DNA of 44,324 nt from Phoronis australis (Eukaryota > Animalia > Phoronida). Below the pieces are notes generated by a model that worked only from the letters and a program-made list of their open reading frames with translations, did not search any database and was not told the origin of the DNA. The translations under genes and the position numbers were made by a program. The stretch spans positions 875,152 to 919,475 of the forward strand of contig NMRA01000111.1 of the NCBI GenBank assembly GCA_002633005.1, written 5' to 3'. Below are positions 1 through 11,087 of the stretch, piece by piece (the stretch's first letter is position 1; the number at the start of each line of letters is the position of its first letter).

Positions 1-123
1 CCCCCCTCCCGACCTCCCCCCATTCGGTTCTATGCGCATCTACAATCGTGGTTCAGTTTGCGCAAATGCTTACAGCCGGACAAAAAGTTGGGCCCCCCTT
101 GTGATATCCTAGATCCGCCACTG
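1..123. mobile_element. Right end of a non-autonomous DNA transposon (GGCGGAT-type TIR family)
   Basis: Matches ~6138-6250 (...gggccccccttgtgat.tcctagatccgc.actg). Confidence 0.7.
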
Positions 124-2054
124 TAAATATTCCCACTTGCCAACAAAATCCTTGCATCCGCTGAGCATTTTATTGCCACAGAAGGAAAATAAAGTCTGTT
201 TACGAGATTTGTTGTCACAGTCTGGAGTAATCCTATATCCGAACAACTTCTAAGAATTCATTGAAAATAGAGCACGACAAATTAGGCTCTAAAGTCGGGG
301 AAAATGACTTTTCTAGCCAACAAGCGAAGTTATCTGTACATACATGTACGCGACACTTGAACAGCAGGTGTCTTCGTCTCCTGTACAGAACCTCACGAGA
401 CCTTCTGATGTCATAGCGTGAGCCCTGGGAACCAATTTACAGGTGCTGATGGTCTATTTTTGGTTTATTTGCACAATTTTGTGAATATAGCACTTGTCTG
501 GCAGAGTTGCCTGACCTCAAACTCGTTTTTTTTTTTCTGCTACCGCGGCACTGTCTTATGCGCAACAGCATTTCAGGATCTGTTCTGTCATTGCAATTCG
601 TTGCTGCGATGAAGTATTTTTTAGTTGTTTATTGTATCAAAAACGAAACATCCCATGATATCAGCGTAAGTGGTCCAGCAATATCTGGTTGGATAAAATA
701 CCATATGTCAATCCTAAGTACTGGTGGGCAGCTTCACAAATGGAAGCGTGCACAGACCAGATTAGCTGAATACGCTGAAATAATCTGAACTCTGAAAATT
801 TCGTGGGAATCTGACTTCAGTGTTTTGTGTAAGAAAGCACTGTTTTCTGGTCAGTTGTTTACCAATATTATGATTTCATTAAAGTGAAGACTGGAATATA
901 ATTCCCCATAATATGACATCAACCTTTTTCTAATAGTGAGGTTATACGCGTAACTGACAATTTGGATGTTAAGAAAGCGCGACGAATTGATGAAACTCCA
1001 AATGATGGGATTAAGTTAGATCGTATATTTGACTTCATCGTCTTATTGGTATTCATTTTTCTACTGGAATGGTACCGCCATTGTGATTGAAATCTATTGC
1101 TATAGCAATCTCAAAAAATCAAACAATGACGCCTTTGTTCCTCTAAATTACTGCGGAATAAGTTTGCTGGCTTACTTTACAGTCTGCCGAATCTTATGAC
1201 TTCTTATTGGATGTGCAGAGTGGTTTCAGAAAAACAGTTTGACGTTTTCGTCTTAGCATCCATCATAAGAAACCTACTTTAAATAAAAAATAAGTACGGT
1301 ATATTTACTTGCTTTATTGACTTTCAAAAGGCATTCTTCTGGGTGGACTGATATTTTCTTCTCCTGAAACTTCTTATTGGCAAGTTGTATTTTGCCATTT
1401 AGTCTTTCCTCTTGAACACCTCGGTGTACATGATTACGCTTGGACAGTATGAACACTTACTTTCCAACAGCTAGTTAGGTACTATACGTTAAGGAGATGT
1501 TGTGTCATACACTTTGTTTGGTATTTTTGAAAGACCCCGCAACCTCATTAAAGTGCCAGTATTGGGATCTAAACGAATACCAAGTTAAAGGTAACTATTT
1601 TACTATGTGCGCATGATAGTGTTCTGATTGTCAGTAGGGAAAATGAGGTCAACCTGCGTATCATGTTGAGCAAAGTTGGTGCTTTATAAAAATAAAAGAA
1701 ATATTGTACAGTTTTAGAACTGACAAAACGGTTACAGCTTCTAATGATCTGCTTACACTTGGAGACAGAGTTCTAAATGATAAGACTGCGAACAAATATC
1801 TGGAAGCGTTTTTTTTTATAAATGTCTTAATTTCGATGTCGGTTTTAACACTTTGATTAACCCAGGTGGTAGAGCACTCAGTGCGGATATGTCAAAGTTC
1901 AAACTTGAAACGTGTTGGTTTTAATAACTTCTACACGAGTTGTATAGAGTGAAATTTGTGAAAAGTTCCAAAACCGCGATACCTTGTCAGAAATGACTAG
2001 TCACGTAACAGAAATGACTGACGATAAGCTCGTTCCATACTAAACGTCATTTAC

Positions 2055-2378
2055 GCACTGATACGCCGTAAAATATGTCGTAAAATGCAACAGTTGTTAC
2101 ATTCTACAGTATAAATCGGTAAATAAAACAACAAGACATATAGTGTTTGATTTTACTTCATTTCTGTTTCTGTTTCTGTTGACAAAGGAAGTTATTACAT
2201 CCGAAAATTTCAAATTTCAGTTGATCCATTCTTGTTGTTTTATTTACCGATTTATATTCTACATTTCGTGAAGCAATACTATCCTTGGGAGGATCTGGAT
2301 CGCTTTATTTAGTTTCAGATTTATTTTCTACGTTATCTACATTCTACGAAATTGTTAAATTTTACGGCGTATCAGCGC
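2055..2378. mobile_element. Palindromic MITE-like element
   Basis: Nested inverted repeats: 2055-2074 / 2359-2378 and a perfect pair at 2110-2136 / 2230-2256. Confidence 0.6.
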
Positions 2379-2599
2379 ACATTTTATCGCGTTCACTCTG
2401 AGCGTGCTGACACGCAGCTGGGGATCGCACAAATGACGGTGCATTCAAAATGACCGATGACCCCAAATCGCAATATTTTTCACAAAATATAACCGATTGT
2501 TTCATAGTCTATTTCGAGAGCCTCCTTAAAATCTCCTCCACAACGTTTTGGATAAAAGCTGGTATCTGACTGCCCTTACGAGTGATCGATATACGACTG

Positions 2600-3135
2600 A
2601 AAGCCCAAGCAGCTTCTTTTCATGAATTACTTAACGGATGTACTCATGCCTTGACTTATTTTGCATATGTATTCGTATATTAAAAAGACGTTCACAGTCA
2701 CCGACTACGCCATGGTTAGTATCACACTTTTGGCAACTGAAAGCCAACACATTGACCTCGATGAAAGTCAATACTTGTATCATTTTGAGCCAGAAAATAG
2801 GCCATGCCGATTACAAATGAGTGTAGTCAATCTCAATGCTGTAGAATATAAACTTCATTTTGTGTGTCATTGTACTTTATATAACAATTTCCGAAGAACA
2901 CTTTACGTTAACGATTTTCCCGACAATGTTTTTATTTTTTGTTCCGATGTAAATAAAATAAAATTTTAAGGGTTAATCTGTTCAGGCAGCTTTCTTACGA
3001 ACAATGCATTGCTTACTTATTTAATTGATAACAATGACCTGTAAGGCCAGTGGGCTGGATGCTATTTTTTCAAACAGTGTGTAAATTATTTTTAACCTGT
3101 CTAACACGTGTCACTATAATAAATTAAATCATTCG
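2600..3135 (+). mobile_element. Decayed 3' end of a CR1/L2/Daphne-type LINE
   Basis: ORF 2661-2969 contains PENRPCRL...AVEYKLHFVCHCTLYNNFR, a degenerate C-terminal R-x-C...VE-x-x-x-HF-x-x-x-C-x-x-Y-x-x-x-R motif of non-LTR ORF2. It ends in aataaa; the homologous tail at 18370-18466 carries (ttca)n. Confidence 0.6.
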
Positions 3136-3303
3136 TTGTTATGCCAATGCCTTCAATTTCTGGTAAATTAGGAGTAAAAACAGAAGGTTCGTTTACTTTG
3201 ACTCAATTTTATTTTGAATTCCGGCGAACGCTTTTAAGAAAAATCTACGTAAACTTTACCACTTGTATGATGTTGGCATTTCTGCTAATAGTTCCTGGTG
3301 CAA

Positions 3304-3309
3304 TTTATT
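3304..3309 (-). terminator. Putative poly(A) signal AATAAA of FABP-like copy A
   Basis: TTTATT on the plus strand, about 200 nt past the stop codon. Confidence 0.4.
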
Positions 3310-3509
3310 GGACATTCACAAATCTGACACAATTCACTCAGTAAAGCACTTCATTCAGGATTAAAACACGCTTCGCTTGGATTCTATTAAGAGATATGAC
3401 TAGTTCATTCTTCAACTAGTACCTTCGTCGCACTGTCAGTACTTGAAGTCTTAGTTTCATTGACCTTCTTGGTAGGACATGGAATTTGCCAAAACAGTCA
3501 ACACTTTCG

Positions 3510-3566
3510 TTATTCCTTAACCTTCTCAAATATAGCGGTTTCTTCCTCACCGTCACATCGGTTTAT
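3510..3566 (-). CDS. FABP-like copy A, exon 4 (INRCDGEEETAIFEKVKE*)
   Basis: Acceptor ttacag|ATA, stop TAA 3512-3510; homologue at 18929-18985. Too short for the ORF track. Confidence 0.82.
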   Translation of the reverse strand: MNRCDGEEETAIFEKVKE

Positions 3567-6500
3567 CTGTAACACATTTTGAATATCACATTCACAGTCC
3601 AATGGAGGCATTTACACATTCATTGCTTATCTCACTGATTACTTGAAAATCGACAAACAAATTAGATATACAAATTTCTTTTAAAACGATGTGAAGCTAG
3701 TTATTCGAACAGATTTCATCCTTCTGTATTTATTGGCATATTTACAGCAAAACAAGCTGGGCTGAGTTGCATAAAGCTTCAAAAGTTATCCGCTGGATAA
3801 GTTTTATTGTTGCATGACGTCACGTGCATTGTTCAATAATAACAACGTGACGCGTGATAATGTGACGTCATTGTTACTATACGGCGTATAACTTTTATGC
3901 AACTGGGCCCTGGTCTGAAACAAAATGCCAATTTGAAATTTGAGCACTCTTGTTTCCAAGAACTTCAGTTTTGGGACAGTCAGTTCTTCAAATATGCTTA
4001 ACGGATCTGGGTAGAGTGACTCAAACGTCTCGCTAAGGAAGCTAGTGTGACCACGTGCTTCTTTTGTAATATATAACGATGTCACGCAAGACTTCCGCCT
4101 CTGCGGAAAGCTTACCTGGTTGCTGTTACTGAATAAAGGCTCCGTGGTCACGTGTAGGTCTTTTGATTTTACATAACATACAATTTTTCATTTTGTTCAT
4201 ACAGCTTCGACAGAGTGGAAGAAAGGTTACAAGTTCATTGGTGAGAACTGTGCAGTACTTCCAGTGTGCTGTGAACGAGCTGGCAACCCAAGTCACTGGC
4301 AATGCGTAGACTACATGCGCCACTTTCGAACTTGTAATCTTAGGGTTGGCCAACCCCGTAATTTTTTTCTTCTTGTTGGAAATCAAACTCTACCATCTTA
4401 AAGAATATTATGAGACCGGTTTTATGAGTTATAGTAAGTTCAGGTTGCAAAGGACCTGACTATAGTAAAAAACTGTAAAAACATATTAGGAACATAGAAA
4501 TATTTGTAGATTCTGATGTTTGACTTTATGCCAGTCTGCTATTAAATGAGTCACCTGGCTATGCTTTTTCAGTAAAATTCAGCTAAAAGAAAAATAAATC
4601 CACCCATAGCTAAATGACGTTATCGACAACATTATCAAATTAAATACTGTACCGTGTGATCCGCATAGTACTTGGTTGGTAGTTTTAATCTGTAAATCGA
4701 TACATAGTCTGCTTGTTGACTTTGTTTGAAACTGGTAACGCATTTCGCCATAGCTTTGAAGTTGTTCAAAAAAAACGCGCCATTTATTAATATACAACCA
4801 GAGACAGTTTCGCAATCCTTTCCGTAAGCTCACCATGTCTATCGAATCTGGAAAATCCGACGACAGTCGCAAAACTTGCTTGACGACTTTCCCACTTGGC
4901 ATGGTGAATTCGCTGTGCCACTCTCCGTCTTTAAACACGTTTGTGTTCTGCAACAAAGTATGCGAAATTGAGTATCTATCGTTTGATCTACTGCGGACTG
5001 CATGGACTGGATACAACCATTTGCAATAATTTGAAACAAACAACTTGAGAGTTGTGCTCCCTGTGCAGAACGAGCCATGGCATAATGGTTTCTACCAGGA
5101 CGCGGGTTGTTAGGTCTCTTTCACATAATGGGTACGGTAGGTGCCCCGCATATTACATAGGCGGATTTAGGGGGGCAGGGGGCCCGGGCCCCCTTCCCCC
5201 TTGGCTGCCCGAAAAAAATAAAACAGAAAGAGCATAGGGAAATGTTGAGTTAATGAATTAACCCCGGTAATTAACATTATACGGCGGAAACAAGATATTA
5301 ATGTGTGCAGTTTTAGTGTGTTTGGGGGNNNNNNNNNNNNNNNNNNNNNNNNNNNNNNNNNNNNNNNNNNNNNNNNNNNNNNNNNNNNNNNNNNNNNNNN
5401 NNNNNNNNNNNNNNNNNNNNNNNNNNNNNNNNNNNNNNNNNNNNNNNNNNNNNNNNNNNNNNNNNNNNNNNNNNNNNNNNNNNNNNNNNNNNNNNNNNNN
5501 NNNNNNNNNNNNNNNNNNNNNNNNNNNNNNNNNNNNNNNNNNNNNNNNNNNNNNNNNNNNNNNNNNNNNNNNNNNNNNNNNNNNNNNNNNNNNNNNNNNN
5601 NNNNNNNNNNNNNNNNNNNNNNNNNNNNNNNNNNNNNNNNNNNNNNNNNNNNNNNNNNNNNNNNNNNNNNNNNNNNNNNNNNNNNNNNNNNNNNNNNNNN
5701 NNNNNNNNNNNNNNNNNNNNNNNNNNNNNNNNNNNNNNNNNNNNNNNNNNNNNNNNNNNNNNNNNNNNNNNNNNNNNNNNNNNNNNNNNNNNNNNNNNNN
5801 NNNNNNNNNNNNNNNNNNNNNNNNNNNNNNNNNNNNNNNNNNNNNNNNNNNNNNNNNNNNNNNNNNNNNNNNNNNNNNNNNNNNNNNNNNNNNNNNNNNN
5901 NNNNNNNNNNNNNNNNNNNNNNNNNNNNNNNNNNNNNNNNNNNNNNNNNNNNNNNNNNNNNNNNNNNNNNNNNNNNNNNNNNNNNNNNNNNNNNNNNNNN
6001 NNNNNNNNNNNNNNNNNNNNNNNNNNNNNNNNNNNNNNNNNNNNNNNNNNNNNNNNTTTTTTCTTGGATAATACTTCAGGATTCAAGGAAAATGCTTGAT
6101 TTGTACAGGAAAAAACAGAAAAATTTTCCTGGGCGAACCCCCCCTCCGTACCTCCCCCCATTCGGTGCCATTCGTATCTAATCGTGCTTTGCACAAATGT
6201 TTTCAGACAACCTATTGGGCCCCCCTTGTGATGTCCTAGATCCGCTACTGTATTGGGTACTGTGGGTGCGCCGCATATTCAAAGTCCAAACGGGAAAATG
6301 GTGAGCCTAGCTGGGCAATGATGCGATACTAAATGAGAAAAGACGCGGAGATACCACAAAGTCGAAATACCAATACCCAAGAAGATAAAATACACACACA
6401 AAAACAATGCCTTGTAAAGCACAATTCCCACAGAGACGATTTCTTAGAAGGCAAAATAACGCACACAAGAGCCGATACTCTAGACTGCAAAACACTAACC

Positions 6501-7442
6501 GAAATGTTTGTTCTTGAAAGTCAATCTCATTGACAAAACAATTTTGTCGTAACACGCAGACTAAGAGATCGTGAGTATTTTGATTAAGATTAATAAAATG
6601 GAAATGCTTTTTAGACGAGTTTGACGGGTCATTTCATTGCCAAAAAGTCCCGTGGAATGCATTGTTGAAGGCAATGAAAAACATTTGATAATCATATCAT
6701 GTTTCTTGCCGCTGGTGAGTAATACGGTGCATGTTATACATTTAGGTCTTAAATACCTTCACGAGGTTTTCACTGGAAAATCTTTGAAAATCATTTCGTG
6801 TAACAACTACTGAGAAAAAATAACGTGCGTGTATTTAATGTACCTGTACGGCTGGAATACCCTCATCTGGATTGGCAGGTGTTTCACCGAAAGTGCGTTG
6901 ACTAACATCCACTACATTTGTCAAGTCCCCGCTTGCTTTGCTCCTAAGGATGAAATTCATTTTGCCTCCACCTAAGTCTTCGAAAATGATCCAGGTTGAG
7001 CTTTTCTTAAAAGTTGCGTCAACTGGGAACTCTGAAATTTGGTATTGTAGTGACATAACTCAGGCATAGATTACTTTCATGATAGTCGTATAGTGACATA
7101 ATTAAGCACATAGGCTAATTACTAATGAGGGTAGTCGTAAATTGATATAACTAAGCACATGGGCCACTTGCTTACAATGTTAGTCGTCATGCAGTGACAT
7201 AACTAAGCACATGCTGTAGGCTATTTGCTTACAAAGTTAGTAGTATAGTGACATTACGTGTGTAACATTCTTAAAACGTCAGCCATATATTGACACGTGA
7301 GAACTTTTTTTCTTGAAATGTGGAAAAAATATAAAACACCCAAGTCTACTGTACCTTGAACCTCGCTAAATTTTATGTCATTTCCTGAGACCACATATTT
7401 CCATTTTCCAATAAAAGCCTTAGCATCGACTGAGCTCCCCAT
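3510..7442 (-). CDS. FABP/iLBP-like (calycin beta-barrel) gene, copy A; 4 coding exons 7442-7355, 7031-6844, 4947-4834, 3566-3510; 148 aa
   Basis: Spliced product MGSSVDAKAFIGKWKYVVSGNDIKFSEVQEFPVDATFKKSSTWIIFEDLGGGKMNFILRSKASGDLTNVVDVSQRTFGETPANPDEGIPAVQNTNVFKDGEWHSEFTMPSGKVVKQVLRLSSDFPDSIDMINRCDGEEETAIFEKVKE*. All introns are GT..AG with phases 1,0,0. Exon lengths (88/188/114/57) are identical in paralogue B. N-terminal F-x-G-x-W motif, size and 4-exon layout match the FABP family; family call is by motif recognition only. Confidence 0.8.
3759..3910. mobile_element. ~150-bp MITE in intron 3 of copy A
   Basis: TIRs GGGCTGAGTTGCATAAAG / CTTTTATGCAACTGGGCCC; two internal TGACGTCA motifs. Confidence 0.7.
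4834..4947 (-). CDS. FABP-like copy A, exon 3
   Basis: Acceptor ttgttgcag|, donor ATG|GTGAGC; in-frame homologue at 20207-20320. Confidence 0.88.
5156..6250. mobile_element. Non-autonomous DNA transposon in intron 2 of copy A (spans an N gap)
   Basis: Imperfect TIRs CATAGGCGGATTTAGG / CCTAGATCCGCTACTG; absent at the matching site of copy B (~20550-20570); further copies at 1-123 and 27080-27935. Confidence 0.75.
6844..7031 (-). CDS. FABP-like copy A, exon 2
   Basis: Acceptor tttcag|AG, donor CAG|GTACAT; in-frame homologue at 21178-21365. Confidence 0.88.
7045..7300. repeat. Degenerate ~40-50-bp minisatellite in intron 1 of copy A
   Basis: Recurrent tagtcgtatagtgacataactaagcaca...gcttacaaagt units. 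Confidence 0.7.
7355..7442 (-). CDS. FABP-like copy A, exon 1 (coding part)
   Basis: ATG at 7442; FIGKWKY motif; donor CAAG|GTACAG; near-identical to 22675-22762. Confidence 0.85.
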
Positions 7443-7491
7443 TCTCTAGTCTTGTCAGCAAAATGCAGCCTCTCTATGATTTGCAGTCGGA

Positions 7492-7640
7492 TACTGAGTT
7501 AAAGCTAGTCTAACGAGACATTATATACATCCAGAATATCTTGGCTTGTCTATATCTGCATAAAGTTCCAAAACGTACACGCTAGACCCAGTTCCATTGT
7601 CGCATGACGTCAAATGCACAACAATAGCAACGTGACGTCA
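7492..7640 (-). promoter_or_regulatory. Core promoter of FABP-like copy A: TATATAA (7527-7521), Inr-like TCAGTA (7497-7492), two CRE palindromes TGACGTCA (7605-7612, 7633-7640)
   Basis: TATA to Inr spacing is about 30 nt; all four motifs are conserved in the paralogue promoter. Confidence 0.65.
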
Positions 7641-8655
7641 TATTGTTGACATCCAGCATTTATCTTTTATAGAACCAGTCCCCGGTAATTTCGGAGCCCA
7701 AAGTGGAATTAGGCCTTGAAATGAGCAAAAAAAAAATATAAACTGCACGAATTTAGTGCTAGGGCAGTTGTTGGTGACTTAAGCAATCTTATACCACATT
7801 TTGACACAGCCATATTTCGCCAACTGCAAACGTAACAGTAGAGGCAGCAGGTGCCTATGGTCTGTGTTCGTGGCTGTGCAAATATCATGTAAATATCATC
7901 GTTTGTGTAGAAGACTTGACTTTTTACATCTTCTTAACTGCGACAACATCTAACCTAAAAAGTTGAACAAATATTACTAATTACTGTACAATTACTTTTT
8001 ATTTGCTCTACACGATAAAAGCAAAATTTGGATATTGCGTTGCAAGACGTAACATTGCATAATAACTGTGAGGATACTAATAAACCAAGCGCTGGAACAG
8101 TTTCACGCAGACACAGCTTGTTTGTAATTGAATTACGTTTCCTTTTGCTTGGTGATGGGCATGCCTGAAAGTCCAACATTCTGTGGCTTAATTGATAAGG
8201 ACGCAATCAGCAAAAATAGGACAGTGGTTCTCTGGCAATTGAAAGTAAATGTTCATTTAGGTTGACCAAATATAGAACAAATATAAAACAAAAAGCCCGT
8301 GAGTCCCTACGGAATGTTCTTCCGAATACATTTACAACTTCTGTTCCTGAATACTTTGTTTGGGGGAAGTGTGTAGGAGTGGTTTGAGGCGGACCTCTTG
8401 GAAATTTGGAACGCAGGTGTCACGTGATGTAATCTGAAGCCAAGAGCAAAACACGGACAGGGTGCTTAATTTCACAATAGATTATTCCACACTAACATAT
8501 CTTCTCTAAGAACACCTCGATTACAAGATGCTGTGAGATAACAAAGACTTATAGAAAAAAAATAGCAAATACATTTTACGCTAGAGAAACTGGAAACTCA
8601 GAAAATCACAATGACATACTGGATCTCCTTTACAGTCACCTAATGTGTAATCACG

Positions 8656-8907
8656 GGGCCTGTTCCAAGAAAATGACTTACATGTAGCTAAGATAAACCT
8701 TAAATTTAAATCAATTTTTGAGATAAGACTTCAATTTGTCTTAAGACCTTTCTAAGAAATTGATCATAATTTAGCGTATGTTTTTTGACTTAAATTTTGT
8801 CTTAAGTTCGATTAACCTACTGGATGTAGAAGTTTCAAAGTTGGAAGTTAAGACAAATCTTAGACTTAAGTAAAAATTATCTTAAGTCAGTTTCTTGGAA
8901 CAAGCCC
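8656..8907. mobile_element. MITE rich in CTTAAG motifs
   Basis: TIRs GGGCCTGTTCCAAGAAAATGACTTA / TAAGTCAGTTTCTTGGAACAAGCCC; absent from unit B (~25545); second copy near 40437-40623. Confidence 0.75.
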
Positions 8908-8928
8908 ATGAAGTTTAAAGATACTAGT

Positions 8929-8998
8929 CATGGGCGGTGCAGCACTGAAAAAAGTGAGAGTTATAGCTCCTCCATCCCCTTGAGGTGCGCCGCACATG
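8929..8998. mobile_element. 70-bp mini-MITE
   Basis: TIR CATGGGCGGTGCA / TGCGCCGCACATG, flanked by CTAGT direct repeats; empty in unit B (~25565); inverted copy at 18659-18729. Confidence 0.7.
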
Positions 8999-9814
8999 CT
9001 AGTTTCTCCGGTTCACTTATAAAACTTGATTAAGCAAATTTCAAGGTAAACCAATTGAAAAAAATAATTGGAATAGTTACCTTTGGACTGAGAAAGAACC
9101 AACAGCTGTTGACACCTACCCGAGAATCGCCTGACAAAGTTTGGTTTGAGGTTAGGAAATCGAGGGATAAGCCTTGGAAAGAATCCAAAATGTGTCTGTC
9201 AGTCACTGAAAACGTTTCACTACCTATAAGGAATTTTTTCTCATACCATTCTTTCTGTAACCAAGTCATTCGCCCTTTTATTTATTATCATTATTATTAA
9301 TATTATTCACATATGGTCGCACTGGCCACTTGTTTATTTTTCTTGTTTCACAATGAAACCTCAGTGATTGACAACTCGCACCATTAACTGATGTCAAGTC
9401 CCTATGCTTAGGCATGATTTTATTTTTTAAAGCTGTCTTCAGGTATTTGGCGAAGGTTATTCTTTTTATCCCATGCGTGTTGAATAAGTTGAGTAGGCTA
9501 CTATACGGCCACGTGGTATTGTTTTCCGTATTGCACTCTCAGGACTACTTTTAATAGTGTCCGGTTTATTCTTACATGGAAAGTACTAAAAGTAGGTCAA
9601 TATCAACTAGATGTCGCTAGCTGACTCGGTCAATTCTCACTTTCTCAAAATAGTTTAAAGTTACAACAGTACTGCACATGCAATCAGGTCGCAAACATAA
9701 CATCTAGTAAAAATATTAAATAGATAACTCTTATGTCTCAGTTTTATTTCCTAAAATATTATCGTCAGCAACTCGGTGTGGTGTTGGTTCCTCGGTAACT
9801 ACAATGTTAAATAT

Positions 9815-11087
9815 ATTTTTTATTTTTTATTTTATTGGTACAAAGAACACATATACAAAGACAAGAAAGAGAAAAAATACAAGCCATTCCAACTCTCACC
9901 CCACATATGCACGCGCAGACACACATACACACACCCTCAACAAAACTCACCCACTTTAGCTAGGATGTTGTCAGGAAAACGTTATGGTTGGCAAATTTCT
10001 CCAGGTTTACTAGTATTCATCTCCATTGTCATTTTTTAATAGAATTCTTCTTCAAATCTAAAATTCCTTTTCTAACATCTTAGGAAAATGACAGAAACTC
10101 AGGATTGTTTTTTATAGTTAAACACATAGATAAAATATTTTAATTGCAACAGAATCCAATTTAAAACTTTATTTTCGTTACTTATGGACAAGCCAAAATC
10201 ATTGTTTTTATCAATAACCAAATTGATACTTTTTACAGAAAACACCCAACTGAGTAATTCTTCTATCAATATTTTTATATTCTCACCTTCGAAAAGGATA
10301 TGGTCTACTGTTTCAGATTTTGACTGGCAGAAAATACAAACATCAGAGTCCAAGAAATTAATTTTCTAAGAAAACAGTTTGTTGCAAGTATATCTTAAAT
10401 TGTCGTGTACATAAATTGAAATCGAAAGTGGTTTTAAAAGACAATGAATACACATTTTTCCAGTCATCACTTTGAAAGTTATAACCTTCTTCTTGAAATA
10501 TTTTTAGGCAATAGGCGGACTTTTGCTCTGGCAAATAATTCCATACACCATTTTACAAACGCGCTATTTGAAAATTTACCCTTATTAAACGGTACTAATG
10601 GTGCATATAACTTAATTTACTGCAGTGGTAATGGTGTTCTTCTCAAAAACAACCTAATAGACTCATAGACTCAATCGGAGAACAATATCCCAAAAGTGTG
10701 TAGGTAAATTCGAGTTCTTTTTATATTTAGTAAACGAGTAAAACTTATCATTTTCATTAAGTACGTCATTAGTAAAAACACCACCACTAACATACTTGAT
10801 GTTTATTAGTATTTTATCATTATGCCACAAACTTGTTGAAGGACATCATTCGCAGGTTTATGAGACTGTTTACTTAAGAAAAAGGACCTGATAGTTCATA
10901 CTTGGAACTTTGTTCCAAAAAGGATTGGCTACATCAGTATGATTTTTAATGTCACCATTTCCAAGAATTATAATATTAGACTTTACAATCCCCGTTTCAA
11001 GTTCTAAAATTCCACCCATTTTGATTCAGAGGCATGTAGTCTTTTGATTCATGCAATTTTTATAGCCATGTTAAAATTATATTCATA
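9815..11087 (-). mobile_element. 5'-truncated, decayed L1/Tx1-clade LINE
   Basis: ORF 10099-10353 has a degenerate C-terminal CCHC/zf-RVT-type motif (CIFCQSKSETVDHILFE). Upstream fragments read FNMAIKIA*IKRL, NPFW and LWHN. A-rich tail near 9815-9836. TTAAATAT is duplicated at 9807-9814 and 11088-11095, and an uninterrupted homologous site lies near 19400. Confidence 0.8.

Larger units (their letters stand above)
3040..9030. repeat. Segmental tandem duplication, unit A (homologous to ~18370-25600)
   Basis: Colinear similarity through 3' flank, exons, introns and upstream DNA, interrupted by copy-specific insertions; ends approximate. Confidence 0.85.

Noticed and set aside
4579-5043. 154-aa ORF as a standalone gene
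   Set aside because: Only 4834-4947 is conserved in frame with the paralogue and bounded by splice sites.
5301-6194. Long ORFs of 256-293 aa
   Set aside because: Artefacts of translating the N gap.
7045-7300. CRISPR-like repeat-spacer array
   Set aside because: Degenerate tandem units without unique spacers, in an intron of a eukaryotic gene, with no cas genes.
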